In this document: positions 8,226 to 18,073 of the stretch, in pieces
Numbering within the stretch: position 1 is the stretch's first letter
Layout: the number at the start of each line of letters is the position of its first letter
Source: Spirochaetia bacterium
Lineage (GTDB): Bacteria > Oederibacteriota > PGYV01 > Palsa-1178
NCBI GenBank assembly: GCA_021372235.1
Contig: JAJFUW010000061.1
Coordinates: 1-63,939, forward strand
Direction: 5' to 3'
Length of the DNA stretch: 63,939 nucleotides
Position numbers and translations under genes: made by a program
The notes under the pieces: model-generated
The model's database searches: none
What the model was told of the DNA's origin: nothing
The model's input: only the letters and a program-made list of their open reading frames with translations

Positions 8226-8990
8226 TTACCTTTTTATTATAAGCCTTATCGGCCTGCCTTTTTTATCGCTTGTCGCTGTCTTTATGTCAACCGTGTAAAA
8301 ATAAACCCCGGGCGCGAGCCCCAGCGTTTCAAACCTGAGCCTGCCTTTGCCCCCTGCGGCAACCGGTGCAAAATCAGCGGCCTTCCTGCCGTCCGGCGTT
8401 ATTATCGTGAGTTTCAGCTCGGCGCCTGTTTCAACGTCATACAGTACATAAATGTAATCCCCGGTCCTGACAGGGTTCGGATAAACCGTGTTTTTGAAAC
8501 TGTCGTATACGGACTGCGGCGCCGTGGGCGAACAGACCGCTGTCAGTGTCTGCGTTGCAGTAGGTGTGATTGTTTGGCTCAAAAACGTGGTCGCGGTCGG
8601 CGTCGCGGTCCGGGTCGGCGTTACTGTCGCCGTATAAGCGGCTGTTGATGTGCGCGTACCGGTCTGTGTCAGGGTGTGGTCCGGTGTGGGCGTCGCCGTA
8701 TCGGTCCCTGTCGCTGTCTGCGTATGGGATCCGACAACCGAAAAAGTTCCCGTAACCGTCGCCGTACCGGTATATGTCTGCGAGGGTGTCGGTGTATATG
8801 TATCCGTTGGCGCCCGTGTAATGGTTTCGGAGGCGCTTTCTGTTGCCGTCTCAGTAATGGTTGCCGTATCCGTTGCGGTCACAGTCGGTGTAACCGTCCC
8901 TGTCACTGTCTCTGTCGCCGTATCTGTTGCGGCCGCAAAAATAACAACCGGCAAAACAGCCAGCATGGCGGCCATGACAAATCGTTTCAT
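8226..8990 (-). CDS. Secreted Thr-rich repeat protein with C-terminal beta-sandwich sorting-type domain (T9SS-CTD/FlgD-Ig-like)
   Basis: Signal peptide, about 140 aa of T-x-T repeats, and C-terminus VYPNPVRTGDYIYVLY...GVYFYTV. Confidence 0.7.
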   Translation of the reverse strand: MKRFVMAAMLAVLPVVIFAAATDTATETVTGTVTPTVTATDTATITETATESASETITRAPTDTYTPTPSQTYTGTATVTGTFSVVGSHTQTATGTDTATPTPDHTLTQTGTRTSTAAYTATVTPTRTATPTATTFLSQTITPTATQTLTAVCSPTAPQSVYDSFKNTVYPNPVRTGDYIYVLYDVETGAELKLTIITPDGRKAADFAPVAAGGKGRLRFETLGLAPGVYFYTVDIKTATSDKKGRPIRLIIKR

Positions 8991-9018
8991 GTTTTTGCTT
9001 CTCCAATATTATTATTAA

Positions 9019-10233
9019 TTATTTAAGGAGTTTTATCCAGTGTTTGAGTATCTCGTTGTCCTTTTCATAGAACATCGCCCTGTCAAAATACGAGAGCGCA
9101 CGCCTGTTGTCCCGCATATTGTAGTAGCATATCCCGAGGCGCTGATAGAAATTTGATTTTTCCCTGTCGCTTAAGTCCTCTACCTCTTTCCAGTACAGGA
9201 GGTTTATATACTCGTAGTATTTCGCCGCCTGCTTATAGGCCCGTGCTTCATAATAGTAGTCCCCTGATTTTCTATAAGTGTCGTATGACCCGCCCTTTTC
9301 CGGTTTTTCGGCCGCGGCTTCCTCTGCCGGTTTGTCGGCCCCGCCGCCTGATATGGATATCTTGTGCATTGCGCCGGATAGCGCCGCGGGCGAATACGAA
9401 TAGTTCAGGGTTATCCCCGATATCCTGACGCTCACCCCTCCGGAGAAAGCGAGTTCCCTGTTGCTGCCGCCGGAAATTCCGCCCCGCAGGGTAAGTATGT
9501 CAACAGGGGTAAAACTCACTCCAGCCTCGGCTTTAAAATCCCCCTCGCGCACGAGGCAAGCTGCACCGAGATGCAGGTTGATGTAATTATCAGCCCTGCC
9601 GTTAAGATAATAGGCGAAACCCGTATTTATGACGGCCGGCGGGGCGTAGCCGTCCTGCTCCGGTGATACATTGAGCAAAGAAGCTCCCAGCGATATCCTG
9701 TCGTTCCATATCCCGTCGACAACAAAACCCGCGTCCAGAAGCGGCACAAAAACTGTCTCCCCTGCCAGCGATTCATACATGCCCCGCAGTGTGATACCCG
9801 TGCCCAAATTCGACACCCTCTTTGCGTAGCTTATGGCTGCTGATGCGGAATACGCGTCAGCCGTGCCGGGCAGCACCGTTGGCATGAGGTTGTCGTCCGC
9901 TCCAACAGCCTGATATGAACCAAAATTGTAATACCCGGCATCGAGGCCAAAAACACCCGCCTCAAAAGCCTTTGAAAGGGTGAGTTTCTGGAGCAGCATC
10001 GACCCGGGAAGGAAAGCCTGCATGATGTCGTAATTAAAATTTTCCGCACCCGCAAGCGCGGCCGGATTCACAGCGGAGGCACTGTTACCGTACAGGGCGG
10101 AAGCGCACGACGCGCCCGCGGCCTCATGGTCGGGATAAGCTGACAGCAGCAGGTATGTGGCCGTGGATATATTGGCAGCATGGATAACAGCCGCCAGCAG
10201 AACCGGCAATAATGCCAATGCGAGCCTTTTCAT
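9019..10233 (-). CDS. PorV/PorQ-like outer-membrane beta-barrel with C-terminal TPR module
   Basis: Signal peptide MKRLALALLPVLLAAVIHA, the motif AAGASCASALYGNSASAVNPAALAG (PorV-type A.G...A...NPA.LA), alternating beta-strand pattern, and a C-terminal TPR-like YYYEARAYKQAAKYYE. Confidence 0.6.
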   Translation of the reverse strand: MKRLALALLPVLLAAVIHAANISTATYLLLSAYPDHEAAGASCASALYGNSASAVNPAALAGAENFNYDIMQAFLPGSMLLQKLTLSKAFEAGVFGLDAGYYNFGSYQAVGADDNLMPTVLPGTADAYSASAAISYAKRVSNLGTGITLRGMYESLAGETVFVPLLDAGFVVDGIWNDRISLGASLLNVSPEQDGYAPPAVINTGFAYYLNGRADNYINLHLGAACLVREGDFKAEAGVSFTPVDILTLRGGISGGSNRELAFSGGVSVRISGITLNYSYSPAALSGAMHKISISGGGADKPAEEAAAEKPEKGGSYDTYRKSGDYYYEARAYKQAAKYYEYINLLYWKEVEDLSDREKSNFYQRLGICYYNMRDNRRALSYFDRAMFYEKDNEILKHWIKLLK

Positions 10234-10323
10234 TTTTACCCCGCCTGTTTTTTTAAGACAAGAAACAAAACCGCCTCTATGCCTTTGCCTGACCATTTTA
10301 CTTGCCTGTCATACCGCTGTCAA

Positions 10324-12963
10324 TCAAAACTCGTAGAGTGGCGTGTATGCCGTCATATTCCCCGACCACCCGCCCTCTTTTGCCCATATCATCTCATACC
10401 CTATTTCGAAAGGCACGCCAAAGAGCAGGTATGTTTCCATGTGTATGCCGGCACCCGCCGATAACTGGACCCGTGGGTTCCCGAACCCCGCCTCGCAGAA
10501 AACCTCGCCTACTATGTCATGGATGAACAGGCTGGGGTTCCACAGCCCGTTTCTTACTTTCAGTACCGGTACCTGGTACGACGCCTTTACCGTCGGCGCC
10601 ATATTCCCGGGCAGGACATCATAACCCCTGATTGTCTCGTTGTCTTTCAGCGAGGAGGAAGGATCGGAAACGTATATATTCTGCAGTTCCAGGTTGAACA
10701 CCGACGAAGGCAGGTACTGCGTCAACTGCACCAGCGCCGTGCACGCGTTTGAATTGTCCAAAGAACCCGTCTGAGGCCCCGCGTAGTAGTAGGCGCCGTC
10801 CGCGTACAGTCTGCCCGTGGTCCATTTGAACGTGGCGTTCAGTTCCGCTATGGCGGTCCTGTTGGAAAATCCGTTTTCAAAGTACCATTTCAGTATCAGT
10901 TGTGAGCCGTACAGCCCGCCCAGCTGCGAATCATAAAGTGAGGTGCCCGCGATGATGTAAAAATCCCCGGGTATGGAATTGTACTGCACCCCGCCGCGCA
11001 TGAACTCGAACATCGATATCGAGGCCTGTAAGTCCGCACCGTACTTTTCCTCCACGCTGTCATATTTTAGGACGGCGGAATAGAGGATGTCCTCAAAAGC
11101 GTCCGTGCCGATGAGCTGCAGGCCGTACGCCAGTACGTTGTTGTCCCCGCTCGCGTCCAGGTATGGTATCCTTATTTTGGGATAGAGCGTCAGCAGGTTA
11201 TCCAGGTACGATCCTTTTTCAACCCTGTTCCGGTCAAAATTTTGCGCGGGTTTTACTTTTTCCGCGTAATGCCGCGCTACAAAAGTGGTGAATTCCGCCG
11301 GTTTTGCGTAGATGTCCCACCCCGAACTGTTCAGCCCCGTATAATAGAGTATGTTACCCTGCGCGTCAAACGCGGGTTCCTGCGCGTAGCCGCCCGACGT
11401 CATGGCATCCGTTTTTTTGGTCCTCATGTCATAGGCGTATACCGCATGCATCCCGTCATAGTTGGCGTGATATATGATCCTGTCCCCCGATATTATGGCC
11501 GAGGTCTCATTCCACGGGGAATCCGCCACAGGCTCAAACGTGCCGGAGGCCGTGTCCAGCATGTAAACGGAGAGGTTTGTATCGTCCTTCCTTGCGGAGA
11601 CCGCGCATTTTTTCCCGTCGTCCGAAAAGGCTATGGAAAATATCACGAACTCATTGGTGTCCAGTATCCGCTCCTGTTTGCCTGTCTTTAAGTCAAGCGC
11701 CGTCATCGTGCACCCGAACTCTTTTTGTTTGGTCGTGGCCCACACTATCCGGCCCGACGGGTCCGCGGCATAGGCGTTCATTTCACCGCGGGCTATTTCC
11801 CGCTCATAGCCGGTTTCCAGGTCATGCCTGAAAATAACGCTGACGAAACCATAACCGTCCACAAACTTGTTGGGGTATAGCGGCCCGTAATCCTGCACCG
11901 CGTAAAAAATGTCATTGCCCAAAAAGGCCGGCCTGTAGAGGATGTCAGACGTCCTGTCGGCTATGACCCGCTCCGTCCTATTTGCCGGGTCATATTCCAC
12001 TATTTGCCGCACTGCGCGCTCGTCAAATATCCCGGCCTTTTCGGAGTACTGCTTCACGTAATAGAGCCTGTTGTTGTAAAAAACCGGCTGTCTTGTATAA
12101 TAACCGCTCCGAGTCACCCGCACGCCGTCCATTTTAAATCCGCCGTGCGTCTCAGAGAGGCTCGCCACCCACTCGTTCCACAACTCCTGCGTGCTCTTCC
12201 CGTACACCTCCTCAAATGTCCCGTCAATGCCTATCAGCGGCATCACCGCGGACAGATATGAAAAAAGGGAATTGCCGTAGCTTTCAAAGAATTTTTTGAA
12301 TTTGTCAGTCCCGTATTTTTTTGCGAGGAAACCGAAAAACTCGCCTCCGTACAGGTAAGGTGCGTAGCCAAAAGGCGCCTCGGACGGCGGGTAGGTTGCC
12401 TTTGCAATATCGGGTTTTTTTCCGTCCGACAGCATGGCTCCCAGGTACGCATCAAACTCACCGTCGTTGAGCCTGCCGCCGTACGGCGACAATGTGGATT
12501 CGTTGTTCACGGTGATACCCTCCATCACCCATCCGGGCGACACCAGGTTCGGGCACGCGATCCCGCCTATCAAAAAATGAAGGAACCCGGGTATGGCGCC
12601 TGATTTTGTCATGTGGAGCATGTGCGTGTATTCGTGCATGGAAAAGTTTTTGAACATATCCTGCTCGCCGAACTCGTAATTAAAAACCGCCATCTTATAG
12701 TAAGGCGCGTTGGCGAGCGCCTGCGAGTACTGGCCCGCCGACTCGAGCACGACAGGCAGGCTTTCCAGGCTGTTGCCCATGATATCCTCGGCCGGGGCCT
12801 TTATGGATTTCAGGTTTTCAAGCAGTTTGAACGCCCTCTCCTCGTACCCGGGCGGATAAAAAACTATGAAATCCCCGTTCTTTAGACAGGGGTAACCTAT
12901 GTACGCGGATAAAAACACCGGCAGAAACAACAACGAGATGAGTATTATGGCAGTTTTTTTCAT
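10324..12963 (-). CDS. Large exported protein: HExxH metallopeptidase domain + TolB-like beta-propeller + C-terminal Omp85-like beta-barrel
   Basis: Signal peptide; HEYTH zinc motif; repeated propeller-like segments; C-terminal ~300 aa with ETIRGYD (Omp85 loop-6-like RGY) and a terminal ...PLYEF aromatic residue. Confidence 0.6.
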   Translation of the reverse strand: MKKTAIILISLLFLPVFLSAYIGYPCLKNGDFIVFYPPGYEERAFKLLENLKSIKAPAEDIMGNSLESLPVVLESAGQYSQALANAPYYKMAVFNYEFGEQDMFKNFSMHEYTHMLHMTKSGAIPGFLHFLIGGIACPNLVSPGWVMEGITVNNESTLSPYGGRLNDGEFDAYLGAMLSDGKKPDIAKATYPPSEAPFGYAPYLYGGEFFGFLAKKYGTDKFKKFFESYGNSLFSYLSAVMPLIGIDGTFEEVYGKSTQELWNEWVASLSETHGGFKMDGVRVTRSGYYTRQPVFYNNRLYYVKQYSEKAGIFDERAVRQIVEYDPANRTERVIADRTSDILYRPAFLGNDIFYAVQDYGPLYPNKFVDGYGFVSVIFRHDLETGYEREIARGEMNAYAADPSGRIVWATTKQKEFGCTMTALDLKTGKQERILDTNEFVIFSIAFSDDGKKCAVSARKDDTNLSVYMLDTASGTFEPVADSPWNETSAIISGDRIIYHANYDGMHAVYAYDMRTKKTDAMTSGGYAQEPAFDAQGNILYYTGLNSSGWDIYAKPAEFTTFVARHYAEKVKPAQNFDRNRVEKGSYLDNLLTLYPKIRIPYLDASGDNNVLAYGLQLIGTDAFEDILYSAVLKYDSVEEKYGADLQASISMFEFMRGGVQYNSIPGDFYIIAGTSLYDSQLGGLYGSQLILKWYFENGFSNRTAIAELNATFKWTTGRLYADGAYYYAGPQTGSLDNSNACTALVQLTQYLPSSVFNLELQNIYVSDPSSSLKDNETIRGYDVLPGNMAPTVKASYQVPVLKVRNGLWNPSLFIHDIVGEVFCEAGFGNPRVQLSAGAGIHMETYLLFGVPFEIGYEMIWAKEGGWSGNMTAYTPLYEF

Positions 12964-13655
12964 TTTTTCCCCTTTTCAATTATTTTGTGGAGTTGTATTG
13001 ATACTTTCCAGTCGAGCCTGTTTTTCATGACGTAACGCTTTATCCTGTCCACGCCGAACCTGCCGTAGACCGGCTGCACGATGACGGGGCATTTCACCGG
13101 ATTTTTTTTCAGGACAGCGGCCGCCCACTCCATGTCGAGCAGGGAACCCACGACCAGTTTCAACTGGTCTTTTGGCTTTAACAGGCGCAGGTTTGCCGTG
13201 ACCATGCGCTTCTGCTCCCCGGACGACGGGGGTTTTAAGTCCATGGAGATATTATCCGCGGGTACTCCCGAGACCGGGACCGAGCCGTTGGTTTCAACCG
13301 ATATTATTTTCCCCGGCGAGTTTTTCCCGCACATCTTAATGAGCGCGACAACTCCATTTTTCTGACACAGAGGTTCCCCTCCCGTTATGTTGACGTAACG
13401 GTACGGACTTTTTTTCACCATGGCCGCGAGTTTGGGAACCCCGATCAGACGCCCGCCGCCGTAGGAATATCTCGTATCGCACCAGCTGCAGCGCAGATTA
13501 CATCCGGTCAGACGGATGAAGAGCGCCGGATAACCCTGGTATTTACCCTCGCCCTCAATGTCGTAAAACGTCTCCGTAACCAGCAGGCTCTGTGTTCCCT
13601 GTTTTTTCATTTTGACCGTGTTCATCCGGCTGATTATACCATTTTTCCGCATCAA
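12960..13655 (-). CDS. queE: 7-carboxy-7-deazaguanine synthase (radical SAM)
   Basis: ETFYDIEGEGKYQGYPALFIRLTGCNLRCSWCDT. The stop overlaps the start of the next gene by 4 nt. Confidence 0.85.
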   Translation of the reverse strand: MMRKNGIISRMNTVKMKKQGTQSLLVTETFYDIEGEGKYQGYPALFIRLTGCNLRCSWCDTRYSYGGGRLIGVPKLAAMVKKSPYRYVNITGGEPLCQKNGVVALIKMCGKNSPGKIISVETNGSVPVSGVPADNISMDLKPPSSGEQKRMVTANLRLLKPKDQLKLVVGSLLDMEWAAAVLKKNPVKCPVIVQPVYGRFGVDRIKRYVMKNRLDWKVSIQLHKIIEKGKK

Positions 13656-13688
13656 ATGTCCTTTGATTCTCCCGTTCTGGCAGGCCCG

Positions 13689-16001
13689 TCAGAACCACCC
13701 GGCCGTGTCGATATATACAATGCTGCCTTTGGACCCGGCGCCATTTTCACCTGTGACCAAAAGTTTTACTTTATGTCCCGTGTTCTTTAACCCGTCCACG
13801 GCGCATAATTGCGCGCGATGTACCTTGCCGGGGTCATACGTGTCGATGGATTTCCTCTTAACGCCGTCGACGTAAACGTCAGCCTTTCCTCCGTAGTCAA
13901 AGAGCCGGCCGGTTATGAAAAACCCCGTTCCGGAAAACGCAAACTCCATTGTGTCTCCCGCATTGGCTGATTTTGACGCTCCCCGTCCCATGTCCATCCA
14001 GGTCCCCTCTTCGCGTTCCCAGGATCCGGTGAATTTCATGGTTTTACCGTCGTCATCAGCCATGGTGCATGCCCCGTTATCCGCCCCGGAGACACCGCGT
14101 ACTGTTATGTTGTCAAATATGACGCCCGTGCAGGAGCATCCGATTGCGGCCTGTCCGCAGGCAAACGTGCTGTCGTTCGCCTGAGTCAGGAGCGCTCCGT
14201 CAACATACGCGGTGATGGTTGACCCTTCCATTGAGACCATTATGTTATGCCATTTGTCCGGGTCAAACGCGTTCAGTGTGGCGGACGCAAAATCCGTTAT
14301 GGCCCCGAAATTATTTTTACGCAGCGTCCATACGCCGGATGATGTCAGTTCCAACTGGTATCCGGACGGCGGCGCCCCCGAGTCCCTGTTGTGCAGTACA
14401 CCCCTGCCTGATATCAGGGCGTAACTGTCGTCTCCTATCAGGACATCAGCCGACACGCCGCAGCCGCGCCAGCGCATGTCGCCGAACACGGTATAAGGCC
14501 CGCGTTTTATATTGTCTCCCCGCCACTCGACGGGCGGCGTGGTTATAACCTGCTTTAAGAATTTGAAATCCCCGCCCGAGGCTATTTCAAAAGCGCCGGC
14601 CTGGTCGTGGAAATATCGCGGCTGAGACCCGTCCGCGTAACCCGTAAAAGGTTCGGAGTATGGCAGCGGTAATGGCCTGTCAGCCGGTATTTTTCCCGCA
14701 ATCCCTCCCTTTTTTACGCCCGTAAGGGTTGTTATGGAGTATATGGAGCGCGGCGCGGCCATTATGCGGAACTCTCCCGCCTCCGGCTTTATGACGGCCC
14801 TTTTTACGAACTGCTCGTTCTGCCTCGTCCGGTATGCGTGTACCGGCGCCTTTGACAGCCCTTTGCCCGCCTTAAAAGCATATATCCTCGCGTTATCCGA
14901 ATTATTGACGATGACAATGCTGTAGTCTCCGGTGTCAGTGTCGCGTGCGCTCAGGTAATACTCGTCATCATCCACGCCTGCGGCGCCGCATGCGTTGTCC
15001 ATGAACACCCATCCCGGTTTTATGAAACGGGTGTAATGCGCCGTCATCCACAGGGAAGGGTGCACTTCATAATGACCGGACCACGGCGTGTTGGCGGTTA
15101 TTATACCCTTGCCGTTGTATTTTATGGAGTCGTAGACACAGTCGAGCGCCGGCTGGTAGAGCAGCCTCGTCATCCTGCCGTCTATATACTGGCGTGCGAT
15201 GTTCATGGCAGCCGACATCATCCCGGCGTACGCGCCGCGCATCGGGGTATCGGCCTCGTCGTTGTAGAGCGGCAAGCCCGACTCCAACGCCGCAGGGTCC
15301 CCGTCTGTCCTGTAATGGCAGTTCATCCCCGCAACCGCGCTTTTTAGCTCCGGGTCCTTTTCCAGTTCATACGCGATGTTCCAGTCCGGTCCGTCTTTTG
15401 CAACCAGGCTCAATCCCCTGTAACCGGCTTCGTCGAGCGCGGGCCTTAAGACGCCTGCCACCCAATCGCGGTCAAACGCCCCCTCGTTCTCATCGGGCGC
15501 CAGGAAGTCAAGCGGTGTATTGTTGTTTTTCATAGTTTCAACGTATGCGAGGTAGTATTTTTGTTTGGCTTCCATGGATGAGGCCGCCCATGCCGGCATA
15601 CCCCACCTGCCCGCGCCAAACTTCATTTTATCATTAATTTTTTTTGCCTCGCGGCACATCCAAAAATTCACACCCCTGGCCGACGGAGTTTCATCCGCGG
15701 CGCGCATGTGCGACGGTTCCGTTCCGCTTGATGTATTGGAGTCCGAACCGATCTCGTTTTTGATAATTGTCAAAGCGGCGCCGTACCCGGGTTTGAAAAG
15801 CAGGTCCAATATCTGTTCTCTTTGTTCCTGCGGATAATCCATAAGCAGTTTGGACGTTCCGCTGCTGTTGACCAGCCCTATGCCTTCAAAAACCCTGCCC
15901 GCCTGCCCCGCGTCCAGGTTTATAATTGCGGCGTTTAATATGCCGCATATTGCGGTTGCGAACATACACGTAAATAACGCGATCCTTTTTTTCATCTTCA
16001 T
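13689..16001 (-). CDS. GH59-like glycoside hydrolase (galactocerebrosidase homologue) with LamG-like and C-terminal carbohydrate-binding-like domains
   Basis: Colinear matches to GALC blocks as I recall them: FEGIGLVNSSGTSKLLMDYPQEQREQILDLLFKPGYGAALTIIKNEIGSD...GTEPSHM; TANTPWSGHYEVHPSLWMTAHYTRFIKPGW; PLPLPYSEPF. Start taken at the signal-peptide Met. Confidence 0.85.
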   Translation of the reverse strand: MKMKKRIALFTCMFATAICGILNAAIINLDAGQAGRVFEGIGLVNSSGTSKLLMDYPQEQREQILDLLFKPGYGAALTIIKNEIGSDSNTSSGTEPSHMRAADETPSARGVNFWMCREAKKINDKMKFGAGRWGMPAWAASSMEAKQKYYLAYVETMKNNNTPLDFLAPDENEGAFDRDWVAGVLRPALDEAGYRGLSLVAKDGPDWNIAYELEKDPELKSAVAGMNCHYRTDGDPAALESGLPLYNDEADTPMRGAYAGMMSAAMNIARQYIDGRMTRLLYQPALDCVYDSIKYNGKGIITANTPWSGHYEVHPSLWMTAHYTRFIKPGWVFMDNACGAAGVDDDEYYLSARDTDTGDYSIVIVNNSDNARIYAFKAGKGLSKAPVHAYRTRQNEQFVKRAVIKPEAGEFRIMAAPRSIYSITTLTGVKKGGIAGKIPADRPLPLPYSEPFTGYADGSQPRYFHDQAGAFEIASGGDFKFLKQVITTPPVEWRGDNIKRGPYTVFGDMRWRGCGVSADVLIGDDSYALISGRGVLHNRDSGAPPSGYQLELTSSGVWTLRKNNFGAITDFASATLNAFDPDKWHNIMVSMEGSTITAYVDGALLTQANDSTFACGQAAIGCSCTGVIFDNITVRGVSGADNGACTMADDDGKTMKFTGSWEREEGTWMDMGRGASKSANAGDTMEFAFSGTGFFITGRLFDYGGKADVYVDGVKRKSIDTYDPGKVHRAQLCAVDGLKNTGHKVKLLVTGENGAGSKGSIVYIDTAGWF

Positions 16002-16111
16002 CCCTATTTTCACAAATTGGTTAACAACCATATTATACAGGTAAAATCCCGGTTTGTTAACCGCCTAATAAGCAATCCTCGCAAAAATCGTTTGTTTTAT
16101 GCAAATTTTAC

Positions 16112-16139
16112 TTGTCTTTTGTTGAAAAATCCTTATAAT
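16112..16139 (+). promoter_or_regulatory. Possible sigma70 promoter (TTGTCT-16 nt-TATAAT)
   Basis: Located about 40 nt upstream of the 16181 start. Confidence 0.4.
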
Positions 16140-16180
16140 TCTATTTTATCTGTTTACATTATTATATGCGCAGGAGAGAC

Positions 16181-18073
16181 ATGAAAAGAATAACATTAAT
16201 ACTATGTGCCGTACTTATCCTGAATTTTCCCGTTCTGGCGGAAGGCATCAGGGTCAAAGCAGGAAAAACTTCATATCTGCGCTACGAACTCGTCGACCTC
16301 TATTGTAATTTTATTCCGGATGCAAAACAGTCCTTTTTTAAACTTGGCAACAAAAATGATAATGCCATGTCCGGTGCAATATCGGGTGGTGAGTGCACGG
16401 CCAGGATATTCCGCGACAACCGCCAGATCAAAACCGTCGGTTCCACCGACCAAATCAGGCTAAACTACAATTATAAAACAAAACGCTGGGAAGGCTTCTG
16501 GCCGATTCCCTGGAACCCGCGTCTGGGGAATTACAGGGCCGTAATCATCTTCAAGAACGGCTCAAAAAAATACGCCGGCAATGTGAATTTCGAGATAAAG
16601 CGGCGCATTCCGCTGAAGATGAAAAAGGGCTTCTGCGTCATGGATATAGAACCCGGTGACGCCATGATACAAAAGGTTCCCGGCGTCGGCGGAAAAAACG
16701 TGAAATTATGGGAAAACTACATCCTCTGGTCCAAATTCATGGGTGCGGACGCGCTCTGGCACTGCGTCGGGCAGTCGCAGATATGGAACCGGTTCGACGC
16801 GCGGCAGTTTCCGTGGGACCAGGTGGCCCTCTCCCAGGTGGATGCCCTGGGCAGCGAGTGCCACAAATACGACATGAAATACGGTGCGTGGATAACAAGC
16901 TACGTGGTGCTGGGCAACCGCAAGGACCTCTCACCCTATAACCAGACCATAGCCTACGACCCCACCAACAATACACTGCGCCAGCTCATATACGTATCCA
17001 TACTCGATGAAAAAAGACGCACCGACATGGTGGAGCTGCTCAAAAAAATGCAGGCCAATCCGAGCGTTGATTTCCTCGGTCTGGACTATATGAGAACGGA
17101 TTTTGGCGGTCTGGAATACGCCACCCGGTTTGTCCATGACATGCCGGTACGCGGTGTGCCCCGCGACTGGGACTCCATGACCGAGGAGGAACGCATGTTC
17201 TGGCTCGGCAGGAAAATAGAACTGGAAAAAAACGACGATTTCATGGACATGTGGAACTGGTGGCGCGCCCACAAGATGTCCGAGAACATAGCGGATATCA
17301 AGGCCCGCGCGGGCATCACAAAACCGCTGTGGGTCTTTTCCCTAACCTGGCGCCAGGGCAAGGAGCACGGTCAGGACCCGCTCATGTTCATAGACGCCGG
17401 CGTGGATTTAAACGCAGGCATGTTCTACTCCATAGACAAAAAGACCTACCCTCAACTGGTGGATTCATGGAAAGATTACCTGAAACTGGGCAATTCAAAC
17501 CTGGTCGCCGGCCAGTGCGTTGACTGGAACCTGCTGGGCCGCACCCACAGACCCTCCGGCCCCGAGGAGCATTATCTGCGCCAGGTAAAACTGGTGGATG
17601 AAATCCTGCCGGTTAACCCCAACACCGGCCTTTTCTGGCACGACTTAACGCGCGCGTTCAAGGGCTCGCGCGGGCCCTACTCATCGCTCGAGTGGGCGGT
17701 CGCCGGCGGCGCCACATTCTCGTACCTGCGCATGAAGCAGGGGCTTTTTCCATTTGATGCCAGCTGGGAACTGCCCGACAACGTGAAACGCGGCGAAATT
17801 TTCACCATAGACATCAACATCAAGAACACGGGCGAGATAACCATGGACTATTACCTGAAACTGCTAAAAGTTTCCAACCTCGAGATGTACGGCGACCTGG
17901 TGCACAAATTCTACCTGGCCCCGGGCGAGATAAAAACCCTGACATTCCAGGTCAGGGCCATGGAAAGCAACTACAAAAAGGACTTCATGCAGATGATAGC
18001 CTACATGCTCCAGTACAACGGCTTGAAAACCCAGCAGAGGTACTTTGATTTCAAATACATCGAGGTAAAGTAA
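16181..18073 (+). CDS. Secreted hypothetical protein, possibly a glycoside-hydrolase-like TIM barrel (weak)
   Basis: Start at MKRITL (AGGAG 5 nt upstream), signal peptide, long uninterrupted ORF. The functional guess rests only on a loose resemblance to GHL-type proteins. Confidence 0.6.
   Translation: MKRITLILCAVLILNFPVLAEGIRVKAGKTSYLRYELVDLYCNFIPDAKQSFFKLGNKNDNAMSGAISGGECTARIFRDNRQIKTVGSTDQIRLNYNYKTKRWEGFWPIPWNPRLGNYRAVIIFKNGSKKYAGNVNFEIKRRIPLKMKKGFCVMDIEPGDAMIQKVPGVGGKNVKLWENYILWSKFMGADALWHCVGQSQIWNRFDARQFPWDQVALSQVDALGSECHKYDMKYGAWITSYVVLGNRKDLSPYNQTIAYDPTNNTLRQLIYVSILDEKRRTDMVELLKKMQANPSVDFLGLDYMRTDFGGLEYATRFVHDMPVRGVPRDWDSMTEEERMFWLGRKIELEKNDDFMDMWNWWRAHKMSENIADIKARAGITKPLWVFSLTWRQGKEHGQDPLMFIDAGVDLNAGMFYSIDKKTYPQLVDSWKDYLKLGNSNLVAGQCVDWNLLGRTHRPSGPEEHYLRQVKLVDEILPVNPNTGLFWHDLTRAFKGSRGPYSSLEWAVAGGATFSYLRMKQGLFPFDASWELPDNVKRGEIFTIDINIKNTGEITMDYYLKLLKVSNLEMYGDLVHKFYLAPGEIKTLTFQVRAMESNYKKDFMQMIAYMLQYNGLKTQQRYFDFKYIEVK

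Noticed and set aside
8400-8950. Periodic repeats in 8226..8990 as a CRISPR-like or satellite array
   Set aside because: The periodicity is codon-level (ACN-rich Thr repeats) within an intact signal-peptide-to-CTD ORF. There is no repeat-spacer structure anywhere in the window.
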